Source of the DNA: a virus | Lineage: Duplodnaviria; Caudoviricetes | DNA: 64,000 nt | IMG/VR virus record: IMGVR_UViG_3300019093_001485 | Coordinates: 916-64,915 of that record | Strand: one strand, 5' to 3' | Shown here: in pieces, positions 54,722 to 64,000 of the stretch | Position numbering within the stretch: the first letter of the stretch is position 1 | Layout of the letters: each line of letters opens with the position of its first letter | Notes under the pieces: generated by a model | Database searches by the model: none | The model's input: only the letters and a program-made list of their open reading frames with translations | What the model was told of the DNA's origin: nothing | Position numbers and translations under genes: made by a program

Positions 54722-54943
54722 ATGAACGCCCTGCAGCGCAACAAGAACAGAGCGACAGCCCGGCTGCTTGCCGAAGAAGTATATGAAGCAAATCTGCCAA
54801 ACGGACTGACTTTGCGCGGGAATGTTCTGTATTTCGAGTGTCCGCGCTGTGGAAACGATAGTGAGTGGTATGGATCAGCCGAAGACTTCATGCACCCTGA
54901 TGCGGTCAAAGCTTGTGGCGGAACGCAATGGTGCATTCCATGA
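54722..54943 (+). CDS. Small Zn-ribbon protein
   Basis: CPRC...CGGTQWC; GAGG RBS. Confidence 0.6.
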   Translation: MNALQRNKNRATARLLAEEVYEANLPNGLTLRGNVLYFECPRCGNDSEWYGSAEDFMHPDAVKACGGTQWCIP

Positions 54944-55113
54944 ACGGCCCGCAAGTCGTTTGCTGCTCATGTGGCAAAGAGTGCGGGATTTTCAGCCCAT
55001 TCTGTAAGGCATGCCAAAAGCTCACCCAAGGTGATGCCCTCCCAGAGTCCAAGGCAACACAACCGACATCGGAAGAACTTGAAAAAGCTGGTCAAACAAG
55101 ACTTATCCCATAA
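54940..55113 (+). CDS. Small Zn-finger protein
   Basis: CCSC...CKAC; ATGA coupling at 54940. Confidence 0.5.
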   Translation: MNGPQVVCCSCGKECGIFSPFCKACQKLTQGDALPESKATQPTSEELEKAGQTRLIP

Positions 55114-55122
55114 GGAATTGAT

Positions 55123-56028
55123 ATGTGGTTTAAAAATATACAGATATTCAGACTGACGCAGCCATGGGCGATAACTTCCGACGAGTTGCAAGCTCAGTTG
55201 GCCAAGATCCAGTTTGCGCCGGCGGCATCCAATGAAATGCAAAGCCAGGGTTGGGCATCGCCCCGCGAGAATGATTTGCTGGTCCACGCGGTCAACAAGC
55301 AATTCCTGATCTCGTTGGCGACTGAAAAAAAGCTTCTGCCCTTCTCCGTCATCAATCAGGCGACCAAGGCCCGTGCCTTGGAGGTCGAAGAAGAGCAAGG
55401 CTTCGCACCTGGTCGCAAGACGGTCAAGGAGCTGAAAGAGCGCATGACGGAAGAACTGCTGCCGCGCGCGTTCGCAGTCAAAACCACCACTAAGGTCTGG
55501 ATTGATACCGTGAATTGCTGGCTGGTCATTGATGCATCCAGCCCTTCTGCTGCAGATGAAGTAATCAAGCTCCTGCTGAAATGCTGTGACAAGTTGCCAC
55601 TGGAAGGCCTGCGCACAGCTATCTCGCCACAATCGGCAATGACAAGCTGGCTGGCAGGAAATGAAGCGCCCATGGGCTTCACGATTGACCAGGACACAGA
55701 GCTGAAGTCTTCAACAGAAGACAAGGCCACCGTGCGCTATACCCGCTACACCCTGGAACCAGACGACACATTGAAGCACATCAGTGCGGGCAAGCAGTGC
55801 ACAAAGATGGCACTGACTTGGGACGACAAGATTAGCTTTGTTCTGACCGATACCCTGGCGATCAAGCGCATCAAGCCGCTGGACGTGCTGGAAGAAGGCA
55901 AGGACAAGGGCAGCAACCAGGACGAGCGCTTTGATGCTGACTTTGTGCTGATGACTGCAGAGCTGGCAAAGATGCTTGATGACGTGGTGTTTGCGCTGGG
56001 TGGGGAAGCATCATGCCCTGCTACATAG
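55123..56028 (+). CDS. rdgC: Recombination-associated protein RdgC
   Basis: MWFKN.QIFRL, EKKLLP, LLPRAF, GKQCTKMALTW, RFDADFVLMTAEL. Confidence 0.95.
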   Translation: MWFKNIQIFRLTQPWAITSDELQAQLAKIQFAPAASNEMQSQGWASPRENDLLVHAVNKQFLISLATEKKLLPFSVINQATKARALEVEEEQGFAPGRKTVKELKERMTEELLPRAFAVKTTTKVWIDTVNCWLVIDASSPSAADEVIKLLLKCCDKLPLEGLRTAISPQSAMTSWLAGNEAPMGFTIDQDTELKSSTEDKATVRYTRYTLEPDDTLKHISAGKQCTKMALTWDDKISFVLTDTLAIKRIKPLDVLEEGKDKGSNQDERFDADFVLMTAELAKMLDDVVFALGGEASCPAT

Positions 56029-56300
56029 AGAATTTCCCAGACGGCGGCACATTCTTCTTATGCGGCGACTTCGGCCCACATTGCGCCGCCGAGAAATGTG
56101 CTGCCAGCACTTATTTCTTGTGTGACTTTCCTGTGGGAGATGAAAAAACTTGCGATTTGCCACTCTGCGCAAGTCATGCCTACGAAGTCGCACCAGATAT
56201 CCATTACTGCCCAGGGCATTTGATTTTATGGAAAGAATTTAGGGAAAAGGGTGGCGTTGAACAGGAACTGAAGAATGTAGTTCCCTTTGAAGGTAAATAG
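56013..56300 (+). CDS. Cys/His-rich phage protein
   Basis: LCDFPV...TCDLPLC..H...HYCPGH. Confidence 0.7.
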   Translation: MPCYIENFPDGGTFFLCGDFGPHCAAEKCAASTYFLCDFPVGDEKTCDLPLCASHAYEVAPDIHYCPGHLILWKEFREKGGVEQELKNVVPFEGK

Positions 56301-56305
56301 CAAGA

Positions 56306-56458
56306 ATGATCATAAGCAAAGAGCGCATCAAGCGCGAATACGACCACCTTGCCCAGCATGAGCCGCCAGACCAGGCAGCGCAATGGACAGCCGAAAAGCT
56401 CGGCATCCCCGTGGCAACAGTAAAACAAACAATTCATGAACAGGAGCAACAAGCATGA
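56306..56458 (+). CDS. 50-aa hypothetical protein (not in ORF track)
   Basis: MIISKERIKREY...TAEKLGIPVATVKQ; ATGA coupling to next gene. Confidence 0.5.
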   Translation: MIISKERIKREYDHLAQHEPPDQAAQWTAEKLGIPVATVKQTIHEQEQQA

Positions 56459-56760
56459 GAGCAATTACATTCCGCCAAAGCAACGTAGAAGCGCCTTTAC
56501 CAAAACCTTGTTTTCACCTGGCGTCTGAATTTGCAACACCAAACGCGCAAAACAACCAGATCAACAAGGTTATCAAGGCTGCAGGCGTGAAAAACGATGC
56601 AGGTCTGGCTCGGCTGCTGGAAGTCGCACCGCCAGTAATTAGCAAGATCCGCCACAACCGTTTGCCGGTAGGCGCAACGTTGGCTATAGCGATCACAGAA
56701 GAAACTGACCTGTCTATTACTGATATCAAAGCCATTTTGGAAGGCCAGGTGGCTGCATGA
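56455..56760 (+). CDS. Small HTH protein
   Basis: KNDAGLARLLEVAPPVISKIRHNRLPVGA, a motif I recognise from Oxalobacteraceae chromosomal HTH proteins. Confidence 0.75.
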   Translation: MRAITFRQSNVEAPLPKPCFHLASEFATPNAQNNQINKVIKAAGVKNDAGLARLLEVAPPVISKIRHNRLPVGATLAIAITEETDLSITDIKAILEGQVAA

Positions 56761-58559
56761 TCATCGAGAAAGATATCAGGCATTTCCACTTTTGCTGTGG
56801 CCTCGGGGGCGGCAAGAAGGGATTCAACAAAGCCAAGCCGCGCGTGGGCAACATGGTTGGCAAGTTGCGCTGCATCGGAGGCGTGGACGTTGACCCTGCA
56901 GCCATTCGCGATTTTGACAAAATGGGCGATGGCAGACCAGGCACGGTTATGGACCTGTTCACCCGTGGCCAGTATACCGCCTTCCATAGCAAGCAACCTC
57001 CTGGCGAATGGCAAGAAGTCACGCCTGCAGATATACGCCGCGCGGCTGGCAATGAAAGCCCGAACATTGTTTTCATTTCTAGCCCATGCAAAGGTGCGTC
57101 CGGTCTGTTGAGCGAAAAACTCAGCCAAACGGCAAAGTACCAGGCATTGAACGAACTGACGCTGCGCTGCATCTGGCTCATGGCAGAGGCCTGGCAGGAT
57201 GACCCAGTCGAGCTGATTGTATTCGAGAACGTACCGCGTCTGGCTACCCGTGGCCGCCACCTGCTCGACCAGATCAACCAGTTGCTTAACCGCTACGGCT
57301 ATGCAGTTGCCGAGACAACCCACGACTGCGGCGAACTCGGTGGCCTGGCTCAATCACGCAAGCGATTCTTACTGGTGGCCCGCCACATGGAAAAAGTACC
57401 GCCGTTCTTGTATGAACCAGAGAAAAAGCGCCTAGCTGCTGTCGGTGACGTTCTTGGCCGCATGCCCATGCCAGGTGATCTGACTGGCGGGCCAATGCAC
57501 CGCATCCCTCGACTGCAGTGGAAAACATGGGTGCGCCTGGCATTTGTTGAAGCTGGCTCAGACTGGCGCAGCTTGAACAAGTTGGCCGTGAACAATGGGC
57601 ACCTGAGCGATTACCTGATTGTGCCTGAGTATCGCTCTGGATACCTTGGCGTACAAAACTGGTCTGATACTTCGGGCACGGTCTGCGGGAAATCAAATGC
57701 GACAAATGGCGCGTTCTCAATTGCTGACCCTCGGATGGTGACCACTGCCGAATACAGCCAGTACGGTGTGCTGCCATGGACAGACTCAACAGGCGTTATC
57801 AGCGCTCAATCCGCCCCTGGTGGAGGCAAGTACTCGGTTGCAGACCCGCGCATGCTGGATAGCAGCCATCACAACAACTGTTTCAGAGTTGTTGCCTGGG
57901 ACGGCCATGCTGGCACCGTCACTTCTGGCCATGGCCCAAGCAGTGGCGGCGGATGCGTAGCAGACCCGCGTCGTGCTGGTCCTTCATTTGGCAAATACGC
58001 CGTGACCAAATTTGACGAGCCTGCCGGTACCGTGATCGCAGGCAGCACGACTGGCCAAGGTGCATTTGCAGTGGCCGACCCACGCACAAGCATGAATCGC
58101 AAGTCAGGCGATGCGTACCTGACGGGCGGTCATTACGGTGTAGTGCCATGGGATGCTGCCTGCGGAGCTGTTAGCGCATCGGCTGGCCTGGACAATGGCC
58201 GCTGGTCGGTCGCCGATCCTCGTATCGCTACCCTGCCCGCCATGGATGAAAAGACGATTGCCATCATTCAGTCTTTGGATGGCACTTGGCACCGCCCATT
58301 TACAACGCTGGAACTGGCCGCACTGCAAAGCCTGGTCGAGCCAGAGGAATACTTGGAGCTGGACGGCCTATCTGATAGTGCTTGGCGCGAGCGTATCGGG
58401 AATGCGGTGCCACCTGCAGCAGCAGAAGCAATCGCCGAAGTCATGGGCACAACTCTACTACTGGCCTGGTCAGGAGAAACGTTCGTACTGTCGGCAATGC
58501 CTATCTGGGTGAAACCGGTGGCGGTTGCTCTGTCGGTTGCGCAAGGGGAAGCAGCGTAA
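56757..58559 (+). CDS. C5 cytosine DNA methyltransferase with repeat-expanded variable region
   Basis: FCCGLGGG (I), SPCKG (IV), FENVP (VI), QSRKR (VIII), IGNAVPP (X). Confidence 0.92.
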   Translation: MIIEKDIRHFHFCCGLGGGKKGFNKAKPRVGNMVGKLRCIGGVDVDPAAIRDFDKMGDGRPGTVMDLFTRGQYTAFHSKQPPGEWQEVTPADIRRAAGNESPNIVFISSPCKGASGLLSEKLSQTAKYQALNELTLRCIWLMAEAWQDDPVELIVFENVPRLATRGRHLLDQINQLLNRYGYAVAETTHDCGELGGLAQSRKRFLLVARHMEKVPPFLYEPEKKRLAAVGDVLGRMPMPGDLTGGPMHRIPRLQWKTWVRLAFVEAGSDWRSLNKLAVNNGHLSDYLIVPEYRSGYLGVQNWSDTSGTVCGKSNATNGAFSIADPRMVTTAEYSQYGVLPWTDSTGVISAQSAPGGGKYSVADPRMLDSSHHNNCFRVVAWDGHAGTVTSGHGPSSGGGCVADPRRAGPSFGKYAVTKFDEPAGTVIAGSTTGQGAFAVADPRTSMNRKSGDAYLTGGHYGVVPWDAACGAVSASAGLDNGRWSVADPRIATLPAMDEKTIAIIQSLDGTWHRPFTTLELAALQSLVEPEEYLELDGLSDSAWRERIGNAVPPAAAEAIAEVMGTTLLLAWSGETFVLSAMPIWVKPVAVALSVAQGEAA

Positions 58560-59008
58560 TGTCACACAACAAGACACCATGGAACCCATCAAAGACGGCA
58601 ACTGCCAGGGTGAGGAATCCCCTGCCCGCGCCTATTGTGTGCCCGTTCTGCATGCATTGCTCAGTTCAAATTGTTCATCACGACTATGTGTATGGTCGGG
58701 TGTACGGCGAATGGCCATGGGTCTATATGTGCAAGGCTTGCTGGGCATACGTGGGCATGCATCCATTCACCAACATCCCTCTGGGCACTCTGGCGGATGC
58801 CCAGCTGCGCAAAGCCAGGAAGGAGTGCAAACAACCGTTTGAAGTACTGTTTCAGTCGAAGAAGATGACTCGCGACCAGGCTTATGCAGGTCTGGCTGCA
58901 CATATGCGCCTAACCTCAGAAACATGCCATTTCGGCTGGTTCGACATCGGGCAGTGTGAAAAAGCGAGGGCCTGGGCAGTCAGTGCATTGCGCGGGGTAA
59001 CTGTATGA
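58559..59008 (+). CDS. DUF3268-like zinc-finger protein
   Basis: CPFC...CKACWAYVGMHP.T.IPLGTLAD..LR...CHFGWFD. Confidence 0.85.
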   Translation: MSHNKTPWNPSKTATARVRNPLPAPIVCPFCMHCSVQIVHHDYVYGRVYGEWPWVYMCKACWAYVGMHPFTNIPLGTLADAQLRKARKECKQPFEVLFQSKKMTRDQAYAGLAAHMRLTSETCHFGWFDIGQCEKARAWAVSALRGVTV

Positions 59009-59010
59009 AA

Positions 59011-59256
59011 TTATTGCCCTCGATCATGAAGCAAGTTGATTGCCTCTTTAGTGGCAATTTCAACAGCGCGTCTGATCTCGCCGATTTCAGAGGATGCTGC
59101 AACGGAACCTTTAACGGTGCCTTTGACCTCGTCGCCAAGCTTGATCTCAGCTTCCCATGTGACTTGTCTGCGGCTCTCTTCCAGGGTGCCCTTGTACGCA
59201 TACATCACTTCAGGGGCGGAGTCGGGTCTGCAATAACCATCGTAAGAGTGAATCAT
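59011..59256 (-). CDS. Antisense hypothetical protein inside the early-left operon
   Basis: 81 aa from ATG 59256 with globular composition; fully overlapped by sense ORF 59005..59262. Confidence 0.45.
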   Translation of the reverse strand: MIHSYDGYCRPDSAPEVMYAYKGTLEESRRQVTWEAEIKLGDEVKGTVKGSVAASSEIGEIRRAVEIATKEAINLLHDRGQ

Positions 59257-59926
59257 GTCTAATTTACCAATAAAAGAAAAGCCAATTTTGTTTTCGGGGA
59301 TCATGGTACGCGCTCTGCTGGATGGGAGCAAGACGCAGACGCGGCGACTAGTCACACCGCAACCAAGCTTAGTTCACCTTGGATTGCCCATTAAATTTAC
59401 ACCTCAGGACGAAAAATTAGGCAGGGTCGGAATGGTGGTTCCTTGCGCTTACGGTGCAGAAGGCGAGCAGATCTGGGTGCGTGAAACCTTCTTTGCGTAT
59501 GGCCGCTGGGAGACTCGTTATAGCGAGAAAAAGAAGCGCGATGAATGGCATTTCATTGATATGACCCTAGAGCGTGGTTGCACATATCAATATGCAACAG
59601 ACAATCCATATGTGCTACTGGCAAATAATCGCGTTCCTGGCTGGTACAAGCGCCCCGCTATCTTCATGCCACGTGCTGTTAGTCGCCTGCAGCTCGAAAT
59701 CATCAAAGTGCGCGTAGAGCGCCTGAACGAAATTAGCGAAGACGATGCAAAGGCTGAAGGTGCGCCAGGTTACGAAGAAAGTATAGACCCTTCCCCACCT
59801 GATGAACACTGCGAGTGGTCATATCAAGCGTCGTTCCGCAGGCTTTGGGAATCTATCAACGGCGCTGCCAGTTGGGCAAAGAACCCATGGGTTTGGGTAA
59901 TTGAATTTAAGAGGGTTACGACATGA
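59255..59926 (+). CDS. Conserved phage protein (ASCH/PUA-like)
   Basis: KPILFSG.MVRALLDG.KTQTRR, WVRETF, IFMPR, NPWVWVIEF. Confidence 0.85.
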   Translation: MSNLPIKEKPILFSGIMVRALLDGSKTQTRRLVTPQPSLVHLGLPIKFTPQDEKLGRVGMVVPCAYGAEGEQIWVRETFFAYGRWETRYSEKKKRDEWHFIDMTLERGCTYQYATDNPYVLLANNRVPGWYKRPAIFMPRAVSRLQLEIIKVRVERLNEISEDDAKAEGAPGYEESIDPSPPDEHCEWSYQASFRRLWESINGAASWAKNPWVWVIEFKRVTT

Positions 59927-60120
59927 GCATCATTCGTGAGAACTTAATGACACAGCGCGGCTATACCCCGTACTGCGGAAATGGGCATTGTGCAGGACTA
60001 ATGCCACGCACAGTGTTTAACGGCAACCAATTTGAGTGCAGGGCTTGCGGCTGGATATCTGGTTTTGAAGTTGATTTCATTGCTGAATATAAAGCAAAGT
60101 GGAAAGGCGATCAATCATGA
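59923..60120 (+). CDS. Small Zn-ribbon protein
   Basis: YTPYCG..C...FECRACGW; coupled at both ends. Confidence 0.65.
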   Translation: MSIIRENLMTQRGYTPYCGNGHCAGLMPRTVFNGNQFECRACGWISGFEVDFIAEYKAKWKGDQS

Positions 60121-61115
60121 GTGAAAACACCAAAATTGAATGGTGCGACCACACATTCAACCCCTGGGAAGGTTGCCAGAAGATCGGCCCAGGCTGCGAC
60201 CATTGCTACGCAGAGACGCGCAATGCGCGGTTCTCTGGTGGTCAAGCGATCAACTGGGGACCAGGCGCACCACGTCGCCGCACATCTGCCGCCAACTGGA
60301 AATTGCCATTGAAGTGGAATCGTCAGTTTGAACTCAAGCAAAACGCATGGAGGAAATTCGTAGCCTCGAATCCTGGCATGAGCGATCAACAACTGCTAGA
60401 GGCAGGCTTCGTGATGCCGAAACGCCCTCGCGTGTTTTGCGCAAGCCTGGCAGACGTGTTTGACAATGCAGTCTCTGACGACTGGCGTGCGGATCTGTTC
60501 GACTTGATCGCTGCCACCCCTAATCTTGACTGGCTGCTGCTTACCAAGCGCATCGGCAATGTTGAGGCAATGGTGCCATATGAATGGACATGCCCGAAAC
60601 GCGGCTGGCCAGTAAACGTTTGGCTCGGTGCCACGATCGTCAACCAGGCGGAAGCAAACCGCGACATTCCTAAATTGCTGCGTGTGCCAGCGGCCAAACG
60701 CTTTCTCAGCATGGAACCTTTGCTTGGACTGGTGCAAATTGATGTGATCGAACTTGGAGGTGTATCTGAGATATATCCTCTTGTGGGCACAACACGATGT
60801 GAAGATTTTGACGGCAATCCGATACCAGACATCCCCGCGCTTGATTGGGTAATTGTTGGTGGCGAGTCGGGCCCCGGCGCACGACCGAAGAGCCCGGAAT
60901 GGGCCCGAAGCCTGCGCGACCAGTGCCAGACGGCCAGTGTGCCGTTCCTGTTTAAACAATGGGGCGAATGGCTCCCGATGCTGGGTCAAGCCGAAGGCGT
61001 GCCAGTACGAGCAAAGACCACAACTCCAGACGGCTGGGTTATGGGGCACGCTGGCAAGAAAGCCGCTGGCCGCCTGCTTGACGGCGTCGTGCACAACGGA
61101 TTTACGGAGATTTGA
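60117..61115 (+). CDS. Phage Gp37/Gp68 (DUF5131) protein
   Basis: TKIEWCDHTFNPWEGC..GCDHCYA, LLTKR, FLSMEPLL, WVIVGGESG, FKQWG. Confidence 0.93.
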   Translation: MSENTKIEWCDHTFNPWEGCQKIGPGCDHCYAETRNARFSGGQAINWGPGAPRRRTSAANWKLPLKWNRQFELKQNAWRKFVASNPGMSDQQLLEAGFVMPKRPRVFCASLADVFDNAVSDDWRADLFDLIAATPNLDWLLLTKRIGNVEAMVPYEWTCPKRGWPVNVWLGATIVNQAEANRDIPKLLRVPAAKRFLSMEPLLGLVQIDVIELGGVSEIYPLVGTTRCEDFDGNPIPDIPALDWVIVGGESGPGARPKSPEWARSLRDQCQTASVPFLFKQWGEWLPMLGQAEGVPVRAKTTTPDGWVMGHAGKKAAGRLLDGVVHNGFTEI

Positions 61116-61116
61116 C

Positions 61117-61983
61117 ATGGCACACAACACAAAGGAAATGCTGCGCCTGATCAAGGCGAACCCTGGAATCAGGCAAGTTGAAATTGCAGATAAGGTCGAT
61201 TGCGAAATAGAAGCTGTCGAATGGGCGCTCAAAGTGCAAATTGAAATGGGCGACGTTGTGAGAAGCCAAGTTACTGGCCCCAATGGTGTCACACAGTCTG
61301 CTTACAAATTGGCCGCGAATTTCGAGGTGCTAGAAGATGCCGCGCCGATAATGTCAGTTGCACCGAAACCTGCACCAGAAAGCAAGGCGGCACCAGCCCC
61401 TCTCCAAACCAAGCCTAGCAAATCCAAGCCGGAATTGGCAATTGACTATTTGGCAAAGGTTGGCTTTGCCGATGATGTCGCCTTGCGTGTTGTCATGGGC
61501 CTGCACATTGGTGGCAATGTCAAAGCTTATCTAGCAACCGCGCTGGATAAACGCAAAGTCATTCGTGCCAAAATAAACGGCGTTATGGGCTACGCAATTG
61601 GCGATGGCACGCCGACCAAGGTAGCCGAAAAGCAGCCGGTGATTCAGGAGCATAAAACAATGTCCATACCAGTATTTGCGGCGTCAACGCCTGCAATCAC
61701 TACACCAGCGCAATCCATTGCAGTAGAACCAAACCACTCCCCTGCACCAATCGTCGCCACGCCGAATAAATACCAGCGGCAAGTTAAAGGTGCAACGGTG
61801 GACGTGTACGATATTCTCAAGGCATGGGATGTGCGTAATCCGGCCGTTCAGCACGCAATCAAGAAACTACTGCAGCCTGGTCAGCGCGGCCACAAAGACA
61901 TGTTGCAAGACTTGCGCGAAGCAGGTCAGTCGGTAGCACGTGCGCTGGAGCTCGAAAGTGTTCCGCAAGATGGCAACGGATAA
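61117..61983 (+). CDS. wHTH protein fused to a conserved phage C-terminal domain
   Basis: N-terminal IKANPGIRQVEIA HTH; Pro/Ala linkers; DVYDILKAW...QHAIKKLL.PG.RG.KD. Confidence 0.7.
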   Translation: MAHNTKEMLRLIKANPGIRQVEIADKVDCEIEAVEWALKVQIEMGDVVRSQVTGPNGVTQSAYKLAANFEVLEDAAPIMSVAPKPAPESKAAPAPLQTKPSKSKPELAIDYLAKVGFADDVALRVVMGLHIGGNVKAYLATALDKRKVIRAKINGVMGYAIGDGTPTKVAEKQPVIQEHKTMSIPVFAASTPAITTPAQSIAVEPNHSPAPIVATPNKYQRQVKGATVDVYDILKAWDVRNPAVQHAIKKLLQPGQRGHKDMLQDLREAGQSVARALELESVPQDGNG

Positions 61984-61995
61984 GAAAGAATAATT

Positions 61996-62334
61996 ATGCC
62001 AAAAACTAACGATGAGTCAGGGTTCAGTCACAAGTGGCCGAAAGGGAAAACCAAGACCACTTACATGTGCATGAGCATCGCCGGTTTCATACGAAACAAC
62101 AAGTTCCCAAAAGGCTGGGACTGCTTTGAAAAGCCCGATGGCTCCCCGATGAGTCCTGGCCAGGCATTCACGTTGTTGAGCGCACACCAAGCCAAGGGCC
62201 ACAAAGTAATCTCGATCAGTCATGAGTGCGACAACCCTTGCAAGCACGCAGACCAAGGATGCACAGGATTCGACTACGAAAACGGATGCCCTGGATTCTT
62301 CAAGGATGTTCAAGAGGGAAAGGATGCAACATGA
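61996..62334 (+). CDS. Hypothetical phage protein
   Basis: Cys-rich C-terminus GFDYENGCPG; coupled. Confidence 0.65.
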   Translation: MPKTNDESGFSHKWPKGKTKTTYMCMSIAGFIRNNKFPKGWDCFEKPDGSPMSPGQAFTLLSAHQAKGHKVISISHECDNPCKHADQGCTGFDYENGCPGFFKDVQEGKDAT

Positions 62335-62660
62335 AACAAGAACTTAGAGAACGGTATGCCATGGTTGCCCAGGTATTGACAGACAAGTGGCTATATATCG
62401 AAGACATCATGGTCGAGCTGCGGACATCAGAGAACTATGCCCGCAAGCTTGTCGGTGACCTTGTGTTTTCTGACCACGTGTTACAGCGCCCTATTCCAAC
62501 AGCCCGAGGGCGTAACCGGAAACAGTTTAGTTGGCATAGCGGTAAGCCGGTGCCGACAACGTACACCAGGCAATTCACACCGCAACAAATCGATATTTGC
62601 CGCACTGACCCGCTTATGATTGCGCTGTACGGACCAGCAATAACCAGGGGGCATGTATGA
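62331..62660 (+). CDS. wHTH-like hypothetical protein
   Basis: ATGA coupling at both ends. Confidence 0.6.
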   Translation: MKQELRERYAMVAQVLTDKWLYIEDIMVELRTSENYARKLVGDLVFSDHVLQRPIPTARGRNRKQFSWHSGKPVPTTYTRQFTPQQIDICRTDPLMIALYGPAITRGHV

Positions 62661-62869
62661 GTGCGCAAGACTATGCTTTGACTGACATAGAATTAAAGGA
62701 AATGACTGGCTATTCTCGCCCAGCGTACCAGTTGAAAACTCTGAAGGCATTGGGCATACCTGCGAAAAAGCGCCCGGACAATACCCTGCTAGTGATGAGG
62801 ATGCACTGTCTTACTCCAGTTGCACAACAAGCCGCCAGCGGCCCCAAATTGAAATCTGCAAGAAAATAG
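62657..62869 (+). CDS. Excisionase-like protein (DUF4224)
   Basis: LTDIELKEMTGY.RP..Q...L..LGIP...RPD; abuts the integrase. Confidence 0.85.
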   Translation: MSAQDYALTDIELKEMTGYSRPAYQLKTLKALGIPAKKRPDNTLLVMRMHCLTPVAQQAASGPKLKSARK

Positions 62870-64000
62870 ATGAATCGCCCAAGACTAAAGAAAACTGGAT
62901 TGCCAAAGCGCGTGTACTTGAAACATGGCGCTTGGCGATTCATGTCCGCAGAAAAAATTAGAGACCCGCAGGACGGCAAATTAAAGACCTGGATCACGCT
63001 TGCCCGCGAATCTGAAGGAATCAGTGCAATGTATAGTGCACTTGCGAAGCTGTTTGGAGAAAAACAGCTTCAAGAAGATTCAATGCCCCATCTATGCGCA
63101 GAATTCAAGTCCAACAAGTTAGCCAGGTATGGAAAGGACACCAAAGAGCAGTACACCCGTTTTTTGAATATCATCGCCGATGATTTCGAGGATTTCACTG
63201 TTGCTCAGGTAACAACCAAAGATTTTGCAGACTTCTTGAAGAATAACTTCAAAGGTAAGAACAATACAGCCAAGAAAATCACTGCCCTAGCTGCAAAACT
63301 TTTTCGATACGGCATATCCGAACTCGGCTTGCGCCAAGACAACCCAATTGACCAACTTGATGTATCAGACTATGTAACCACGCGCCGAGAATTTTGCCCA
63401 ACACATGAGCAGATTGAAAAAATACGGGTAGCAGCGCTGACAAGCACACCACGGCAAGACAATGGAACAACATACGACACACTTAGCGGTCCAATGTTCT
63501 GTTGCATCGTTGATATGACATATCTTTGCTGGGCGCGCGCCATTGACATGCGTGAATTGAAAGAATCGCAAATTGAGAGTGGAAGAATTCGTATCAAGGC
63601 ATCGAAAACAAAGCACTCAAGCGGGCAGGCTGTAGATATTTTAATTACACCACAAATTCAAAGAGTAATTGACTATGCCAGGGCCATCAAAAAACGATAT
63701 GGGGTGATCAGTCCTTATCTTTTTCCAGTGGCACAAGGGAAAACCAGGGGCGGGCCATATACCAAAAGTGGACTCACTTCCATGTGGGAAAGAGCCAGAG
63801 AACGCGCCGGTGAAATAGAGGTGCAATTCCGTGACTTGCGCGCCCTTGGCGCCACAGATGCCGCAAGAGCGGGTAAAACCAAAGATGAAATACGTGCACG
63901 CTTAGTGCATACAACGACAAAGACAAGTGAAATTTACATCAAAGATGTTATCCCTGAGACATCAAGTTTAGACTTAAAAATGCCTTGGGAAAGTGTCTAA
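62870..64000 (+). CDS. int: Tyrosine recombinase / integrase
   Basis: LPKRVYLKHG arm-binding N-terminus; WARAIDM (R), KTK, FRDLRA, LVHT...T.EIY catalytic set. Confidence 0.93.
   Translation: MNRPRLKKTGLPKRVYLKHGAWRFMSAEKIRDPQDGKLKTWITLARESEGISAMYSALAKLFGEKQLQEDSMPHLCAEFKSNKLARYGKDTKEQYTRFLNIIADDFEDFTVAQVTTKDFADFLKNNFKGKNNTAKKITALAAKLFRYGISELGLRQDNPIDQLDVSDYVTTRREFCPTHEQIEKIRVAALTSTPRQDNGTTYDTLSGPMFCCIVDMTYLCWARAIDMRELKESQIESGRIRIKASKTKHSSGQAVDILITPQIQRVIDYARAIKKRYGVISPYLFPVAQGKTRGGPYTKSGLTSMWERARERAGEIEVQFRDLRALGATDAARAGKTKDEIRARLVHTTTKTSEIYIKDVIPETSSLDLKMPWESV

Larger units (their letters stand above)
1..64000. mobile_element. Lambdoid temperate prophage (siphovirus-type), apparently near complete; att sites not identified
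   Basis: Ordered modules: lysis, tail with long tape measure, head, terminase, Q, replication, cro/cI, recombination, xis/int. Confidence 0.97.

Noticed and set aside
60117-61115. Radical-SAM maturase for the small peptide
   Set aside because: It is the common phage Gp37/Gp68 (DUF5131) family, 12 kb away in the early operon, with no link to the precursor

Overview
The window is essentially one lambdoid, long-tailed (siphovirus-type) temperate prophage of about 64 kb. It runs from a LexA-boxed umuDC cargo at the left end to excisionase and tyrosine integrase at the right end. The host is probably Betaproteobacteria/Oxalobacteraceae, judged from protein-family style and not verified. Left to right: umuDC; a candidate anti-CRISPR operon (small acidic ORF plus aca2, with an operator in its promoter); lysis cassette; tail, head and packaging genes (minus strand); tRNA-Gly and a tRNA-like RNA behind pR'/tR'; Q; DnaB and replication initiator; RusA; a DndC-like enzyme and an SNF2-methyltransferase fusion; the cro/cI switch; and the early-left operon (recT, exonuclease, rdgC, C5 methyltransferase, DUF5131, xis, int). 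The most striking feature is about 7 kb of AT-rich cargo lying exactly between paired 17-bp operators OR and OL. It encodes a second XRE repressor, a free copy of the repressor C-terminal helix motif (possible antirepressor), a NarL/HisKA_3 two-component pair, a membrane TPR receptor with a degenerate GGDEF domain, and a SonA-like split-borosin RiPP precursor with no methyltransferase. This is a candidate peptide-signalling input to the lysis-lysogeny switch. Four reading-frame lesions (tail fibre, tail tube, replication initiator, one cargo gene) suggest decay, recoding or sequencing error. All family assignments come from motif recognition; no searches were run.
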